From the IMG/VR virus record IMGVR_UViG_3300032257_000479, positions 96,001 through 160,000 of that record: a stretch of DNA of 64,000 nt; one strand, 5' to 3'. The position numbers were made by a program, and so were the translations under genes. The DNA comes from a virus. The number at the start of each line of letters is the position of its first letter. Positions within the stretch are counted from its first letter, which is position 1. Shown here piece after piece: positions 59,456 to 64,000 of the stretch. A model generated the notes under the pieces. That model made no database searches, was not told the origin of the DNA, and saw nothing but the letters and a program-made list of their open reading frames with translations.

Positions 59456-59817
59456 GTCTAAATCTTGATTTCAGTTTTTCGAAGATTTGATTCGCAAAAT
59501 TTTTTTTTTTAAGACTCAGTACCAGTGCAAACACGAAAAACGACAGTAAAGCAATCATTACCAGAACATCACGCTAAAAAACGAACCTTTCCTAGCTATA
59601 ACAACTAAGAAACGAACGCTTCATAATAAACTTCTAAAAATAAAAACAGCCATCACCAAACGGTAATAGCTTTTATTAATCAATATATGCTATATTTTAG
59701 CAAAAACAAGACTGCCAAACAGACAGCTAACTTTTCGGTGAACGAATTAATTTTCGCGGAACAAGAATAGAAGCTCTACTCTTTTCCATTATTTCCAATA
59801 TGCTCTCAACAGTTTGC

Positions 59818-59979
59818 TTATCCTTTTCTCTTTAATTCAATTAACCCTTTTTCCGTCCACCCATCATCGTCTACCCAAAAGCCTTCGTCTCTCATTCGTT
59901 GCCAAAATGGTTTACAATTAGGACACTCTAAGCTCGCTTTAGAACCAGGATGGTTTATGCATTTCATGCTGCACTTCAT
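59818..59979 (-). CDS. Small 53-aa Cys-containing protein (not in track)
   Basis: MKCSMKCINHPGSKASLECPNCKPFWQRMRDEGFW..., ATGA overlap with 59976..60218. Confidence 0.65.
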   Translation of the reverse strand: MKCSMKCINHPGSKASLECPNCKPFWQRMRDEGFWVDDDGWTEKGLIELKRKG

Positions 59980-60218
59980 TTGCTTATCCTTTTCTCTAAT
60001 TCGACTTTCATTGCCTCAGCTTCCTTACCTGAACCATGACCGTTCCGCTCCAAGTAAGACAAAGTATTGTTTATATGGAGAAGGTCCATCTCATCCACCC
60101 ATAACTTCGTGCCCGACGAATACCAATAAGGACGCTTTGAGAACTCACGCTCCTCAGCATCAGACAAAGCCATATCTACCAATTGATGCTCACGATAATA
60201 ATCTGCTATGTCGCCCAT
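59976..60218 (-). CDS. Small phage protein (MGDIADY..., EM...HI.N)
   Basis: GGAGG SD, coupled to neighbours. Confidence 0.75.
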   Translation of the reverse strand: MGDIADYYREHQLVDMALSDAEEREFSKRPYWYSSGTKLWVDEMDLLHINNTLSYLERNGHGSGKEAEAMKVELEKRISK

Positions 60219-60589
60219 TACTTAACCTCCTTAATGGGACGGTAGAACCAGCGTCTACCATAGCCATCAGGGTGCCTTTCATACACGCCAAGCTCAACAA
60301 GCTCATCGCCATATCGGACAGCATCAGACTTAGCCATTGTATCAAACCACCCGAACCTGTCGCTTGACTCATCCGAAATCTCATCAGCTAATTCCAAAAA
60401 TAGGTCCTCAATAAGATCAGAACACCTATCCTTTAAAATAGAATTTTTATCAATAAGCTCTTGCCTTTCCTTAAAAGAAACACAAATAACAGCATTAGCA
60501 TAATCATGCCAATCAGCGCTGCTGATTGCCTGCGTCTCAGTTGCGAAACGAGCCAATTGCTCCATATTCATTCCCTTAAACTTACTCAT
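60218..60589 (-). CDS. Hypothetical protein
   Basis: 123 aa in a tightly packed array. Confidence 0.75.
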   Translation of the reverse strand: MSKFKGMNMEQLARFATETQAISSADWHDYANAVICVSFKERQELIDKNSILKDRCSDLIEDLFLELADEISDESSDRFGWFDTMAKSDAVRYGDELVELGVYERHPDGYGRRWFYRPIKEVK

Positions 60590-60592
60590 AAC

Positions 60593-60949
60593 TTAACCCC
60601 CTAAACACATACAATCAACAGAATGGGTCATGCCGCTGCTATCAGAACTGTGGAAGTATATATAAAGATGACCCTTATGGTAAATCGTATCAATACGCAA
60701 ATGGCCGTCAGAACTCCATATCTTGACAGTATCAATCAATACCGCTACATTATCTATAGCCGGAATAGCATTGACCTCTGTGACCTGTATATTTCCGCGG
60801 GGAAGAGAATGAGGATTGCTTCCTGCCTTTGCTTCATTTCCGCCATTAGGAGCCATAGCAATCAGAATCGCAATGCCCACAAAACAAAAAATCATAAGCC
60901 AACTTAGATATTTCGTATCCTTCATATCAATTCGCCTCCAAGCATGCAC
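60593..60949 (-). CDS. Membrane-anchored protein with C-terminal H-x3-C-x-C motif
   Basis: N-terminal TM, GHLY...THSVDCMC. Likely start MKDTK at 60925 after GGAGG. Confidence 0.7.
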   Translation of the reverse strand: MHAWRRIDMKDTKYLSWLMIFCFVGIAILIAMAPNGGNEAKAGSNPHSLPRGNIQVTEVNAIPAIDNVAVLIDTVKIWSSDGHLRIDTIYHKGHLYIYFHSSDSSGMTHSVDCMCLGG

Positions 60950-61190
60950 AACCAGGATGATGTATCATAGTTGGCCTATAGTCGTCGTTGAGAACAATAA
61001 TCAAATGACCATCATGATTCATCGTTATTAACTCAATGCCGCCAGCTTCTGTAGATGATACCCATTGAGATTTTTGAGTAGCTTTATTCTCTTCGTCGAT
61101 GCTGGTTATAATTCTAGCTATACCCAATAAACCTGCTCCTAACATAAGCATGCCTATAATGATTGTAACTATTGTAGCTTTTCCGCTCAT
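60927..61190 (-). CDS. Membrane-anchored protein with H-x3-C-x-C motif (paralog of 60593..60949)
   Basis: N-terminal TM, DGHL...IHHPGCAC. Confidence 0.75.
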   Translation of the reverse strand: MSGKATIVTIIIGMLMLGAGLLGIARIITSIDEENKATQKSQWVSSTEAGGIELITMNHDGHLIIVLNDDYRPTMIHHPGCACLEAN

Positions 61191-61468
61191 TTCTTCAATC
61201 CTTTATGCAAATCGTTTTTGTGAATTATTGGCAAAATGTCCTTCAGGTTCTTGTTGCCCTGAAAATAGAACCAACAAGACCTAATGCTGCCAGATTCAAC
61301 ATCTTTCTCAAATCTAGCCTTTTCTATTAACTGACGCTCGTTAAGCTTCGGTAAACGATTGAGTATGTATAAACGCTCCACAGTCGTTAAATACCCGCCA
61401 TACTCATTGTTGAGCGTGGGATACCTTGTGAGCTTTGCTCTTAAGATATTCTTTTCCTTATCCCTCAT
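61187..61468 (-). CDS. Hypothetical basic protein
   Basis: AGGAG SD, 93 aa. Confidence 0.7.
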   Translation of the reverse strand: MRDKEKNILRAKLTRYPTLNNEYGGYLTTVERLYILNRLPKLNERQLIEKARFEKDVESGSIRSCWFYFQGNKNLKDILPIIHKNDLHKGLKK

Positions 61469-61470
61469 GA

Positions 61471-61932
61471 CTACTCCTGATTAGGAATAGAAAGACTTGG
61501 ACCGGCGACCATGCTACCCGAATCATCGTTGCCGTTGTAAAAAGACAAAGAATCATATTCATCTTTACCCGCGAGAATCTTTAGCACCTTATCTAGGACC
61601 ATTACCTTCTCTTCCATGCTATCGCCGTCATGCTGCCCATTCCGCATAATCTCATGAATAGCATGCTCTATTCGCTCTTTGCGTATCTCAGAAGCCACTC
61701 CTGCTGCCCCTAGCTGCTCGAAGCTCTTCCAAGATGACCAATGAGGTCTATTGAGGTCAAAGCCCTTAGAGCAAGGATCAGGGTCGCTGGTGACCCTATA
61801 CGAGATAGTTCCCTCGATCTTATCTATGTGTTTTGCTCGAATGATACCATATTTAACTCTTTCGTAGGGATCACCCATAAGGTCTTCAGTATCGATAGGA
61901 CCCAAAATCATTGTCATGTCGCCGATTTCCAT
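61471..61932 (-). CDS. Hypothetical protein
   Basis: AAGGA SD with an extended -10 promoter upstream. Confidence 0.75.
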   Translation of the reverse strand: MEIGDMTMILGPIDTEDLMGDPYERVKYGIIRAKHIDKIEGTISYRVTSDPDPCSKGFDLNRPHWSSWKSFEQLGAAGVASEIRKERIEHAIHEIMRNGQHDGDSMEEKVMVLDKVLKILAGKDEYDSLSFYNGNDDSGSMVAGPSLSIPNQE

Positions 61933-61951
61933 AGTATTTTCCTTTCACTCA

Positions 61952-62036
61952 AGTATACCATTGGACTGATGCACCTGAAGCAGAGAAGCAAGATTTTTTC
62001 ATTCTCCGCGAATTTTTGTTTCCAAGGTATACCATT
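61952..62036 (-). promoter_or_regulatory. Two extended -10 elements (AATGGTATAC twice), host sigma70-type early promoters
   Basis: TGgTATACT at 61952-61960 and TGgTATACC at about 62026-62034. Confidence 0.5.
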
Positions 62037-62142
62037 CTTCGTATACATTTGTGTAAAAAAACATGAGCCAAACACTCCGGGTGAATGCTTCAGAGTGTAT
62101 AATAGGGCTTTTCCCATTAACCGTCTTAAAGGAGACAAAACC

Positions 62143-63090
62143 GTGACAACTCTCAATCGATTACCCAAAATAAACGTCCAAGCCATGCCAGTATCCCATT
62201 CAGCTCCATTAATCAATGGAATGATCCGAATGTTTGATGAAAATGGCATTTGGTATGATGCCCCACAAACAACCGAAATCGTTATTCGATCATTTTCGCC
62301 AGAACTTGCTCAAAAAATGGTTGATACCTACTCAAGACCAAATAGAACGGTTCGAACGCCAAGAGTAAAGAAATATCAAACCGCAATGGAAAGCGATCTA
62401 TGGCAACTCGCAAATACCATCCACTTCGATGTTGAAGGATTCCTCTGCGATGGACAACATCGAATGAGAGCAGTTGTTAAATCAGGTAAGACAGTCCCAT
62501 TCCTCGTACAGTTCGGAACAACACAAGCTCAACTCAATACGCTCGACGAGGGAGCCTCCCGATCAAGCAAAGACGTTGCAGCAGTTCGAGGAGTAGACCT
62601 GCGAGGATCTGTTATCTCGGCTCTCTCATACATCCTAGAGTTCTCTGAGATCAAGCGAATCACTCCAAGAGAACATATCAGCATCTTTGAGGATAGACAC
62701 CTTGATGCAGCAAATTGGGTATGCGATAGACTCAAGAAAAGTCCATACAACAGCAATGTCGTTGCGGCTCTTTGTATTCGAGGATACTACAGTTGCAAAG
62801 ACGATTGGAATGCATTAGAACGACTTGAAAGCTTCATCAATATCTTCCAAGGGACAGCCTTTGCTTCAGATGAGGACGATTCAGCCGCAAACGTATTCAA
62901 AGAGCATTTCCTTAACATGAAGAGACAGCGAAGCAGCGGACAGAATCGTAAAAAGATTCAGAGAAGCGGAGCTTACTGTCTCGATAAGTTCCTTAAGTAT
63001 CAACCAGCGAAGAATGTTCGAAAAGGCGATCCGGTTAAGTTGTTCCCGTTGCCCGAAGAAAAAGCAAACGATGGACGAATAGTTATCTGA
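62143..63090 (+). CDS. ParB-like (DGQHR) domain protein
   Basis: SPELAQ...NR......V.KY..AM....W.....I.FD..G.L.DGQHR..A.V.SG. GTG 62143 follows AAGGAG, with TATAAT at 62098. Confidence 0.85.
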   Translation: MTTLNRLPKINVQAMPVSHSAPLINGMIRMFDENGIWYDAPQTTEIVIRSFSPELAQKMVDTYSRPNRTVRTPRVKKYQTAMESDLWQLANTIHFDVEGFLCDGQHRMRAVVKSGKTVPFLVQFGTTQAQLNTLDEGASRSSKDVAAVRGVDLRGSVISALSYILEFSEIKRITPREHISIFEDRHLDAANWVCDRLKKSPYNSNVVAALCIRGYYSCKDDWNALERLESFINIFQGTAFASDEDDSAANVFKEHFLNMKRQRSSGQNRKKIQRSGAYCLDKFLKYQPAKNVRKGDPVKLFPLPEEKANDGRIVI

Positions 63091-63120
63091 TCCATCTTCC
63101 CGCGAAATTTAATTCCTCAT

Positions 63121-63142
63121 AAGCCCTTTGATGGGCTTTTTT
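63121..63142 (+). terminator. Intrinsic terminator after the ParB-like gene
   Basis: AAGCCC-TTTGAT-GGGCTT followed by T-run. Confidence 0.75.
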
Positions 63143-63426
63143 CATATCAATAGCATATCGTTGATATTGGCACTATCTAGTCTATAGCGTTGATTCCAAT
63201 GAATAATCAAAAAATAACGTTTCCTAAAATCCCAAAAAATAGCTGTGTCCATAAAAGCGAAATTTGGGTTTCCAGAACCATAGGAGTCCCTAAAAGCTAT
63301 AATTGGGGGTATGGGGAGGGTATGCTTTTTTAATAAGATGGGTGACCCCCATGCCCCTAGTATATAACAAAGCCCCAACTTATTATAAGTCAGGGCAATG
63401 TAATGTTATATGTTTGACTTGTTATA

Positions 63427-63750
63427 TTACTCGAACGCTACCAGCATACTGACCGCATCATCGTCCTGGCCTGTTGGCTCAATGTAATCGAGGACCAGCA
63501 TTTGAGCAGCCTCATCAGTCATTGATCTCCGCTCTCTGTTTTCTTGATCGGTCTCAATCTCTGCATTGATTACCTTGAATGATCGAGCTGTAAGCTGTTC
63601 GATGCTCTCCGCTCTTACTTGGAACTCTCCTGATCCATTGCTTGTTGATGTATCAAAGCGTTCTGTTGGATCGCCTTCGGGGAAGTCATCTTCCATAACT
63701 CTGGCTGGACATGATACGGATACGATGAGGGTTGGAACTAAAATTCGCAT
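63427..63750 (-). CDS. Hypothetical acidic protein
   Basis: AAGGAG SD, 107 aa. Confidence 0.75.
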   Translation of the reverse strand: MRILVPTLIVSVSCPARVMEDDFPEGDPTERFDTSTSNGSGEFQVRAESIEQLTARSFKVINAEIETDQENRERRSMTDEAAQMLVLDYIEPTGQDDDAVSMLVAFE

Positions 63751-63848
63751 GGTTTATCTCCTTTGTTATCTCTCATTGGGTATTGCTGTTCATCGGTGAT
63801 TACTGAGCACCCATCTTATTGTTGTGTTTCCCCTTTCGGGGTTGAGGT

Positions 63849-64000
63849 TTAGTCCTGTCCTACCCAATATACCGTGTTTCCCTTTTGGAGTTCTTCGAGG
63901 GTTGATTGGACTTGGTATGCTGAATCCCAATAAACTTTGCCGATTTTTGTGTAGTTTCCATCGTCGTCTTGCTCTCCCTCTTGAGTGATGATTGATCCAT
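63849..64000 (-). CDS. 3' end of a gene entering from beyond the window
   Basis: Open frame ...GSIITQEGEQDDDGNYTKIGKVYWDSAYQVQSTLEELQKGNTVYWVGQD*, followed by a CCCC-GAAA-GGGG hairpin (63830-63841). Confidence 0.55.
   Translation of the reverse strand, partial: GSIITQEGEQDDDGNYTKIGKVYWDSAYQVQSTLEELQKGNTVYWVGQD

Noticed and set aside
61741-62142. 134-aa N-terminal extension of the ParB-like ORF, and ORF 61914..62249
   Set aside because: Overlaps a real minus-strand gene and the divergent promoter region; the strong SD points to GTG 62143.

Overview
A gene-dense, AT-rich segment of a large (jumbo-type) tailed dsDNA phage, read in the standard genetic code and mostly on the minus strand. The host is probably a Planctomycetota/PVC bacterium (inference from the FliA-like sigma factor, the HNH protein and the TIGR03790 protein). 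1-20.4 kb is a head-morphogenesis block with the portal (fused to a DUF559/Vsr-type nuclease), TerL, and many acidic low-complexity scaffold or internal-type proteins. 20.5-40.2 kb holds nucleotide/DNA metabolism and accessory genes: dut, nrdJ, AAA+, DHH, two DUF115/MptE-like genes, HNH, Macro, fliA, lysozyme, DEDDh exonuclease, folA, thyA, guaC, ligA. 40.3-41.55 kb is non-coding, with a candidate ~700-nt structured RNA followed by an AT-rich tract. 43-45.3 kb is a tRNA / RlaP-type nucleotidyltransferase / cyclic-phosphate receiver / ABC-ATPase module. 46.4-49 kb encodes glycan enzymes and a candidate sRNA. 49-59.4 kb has small proteins with a shared N-terminal leader, interleaved with three SGNH + Fn3-associated paralogs. 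59.8-64 kb has short early-type genes and a ParB-like gene. Main hunt results: (1) a shared MNWY...K-x-A-Q leader on unrelated cargo domains, plus K-x-A and FNL-x-K-x-A motifs throughout the head proteins, a candidate capsid-targeting and protease-cleavage code; (2) a large multi-helix ncRNA candidate; (3) the portal-nuclease fusion; (4) a probable -1 frameshift at an A11 run in a head gene; (5) a tRNA with an 8-nt anticodon loop abutting an RNA-repair gene; (6) a sigma28-like promoter regulon with apparently leaderless mRNAs. All family calls come from motif recognition by eye; no database searches were run.
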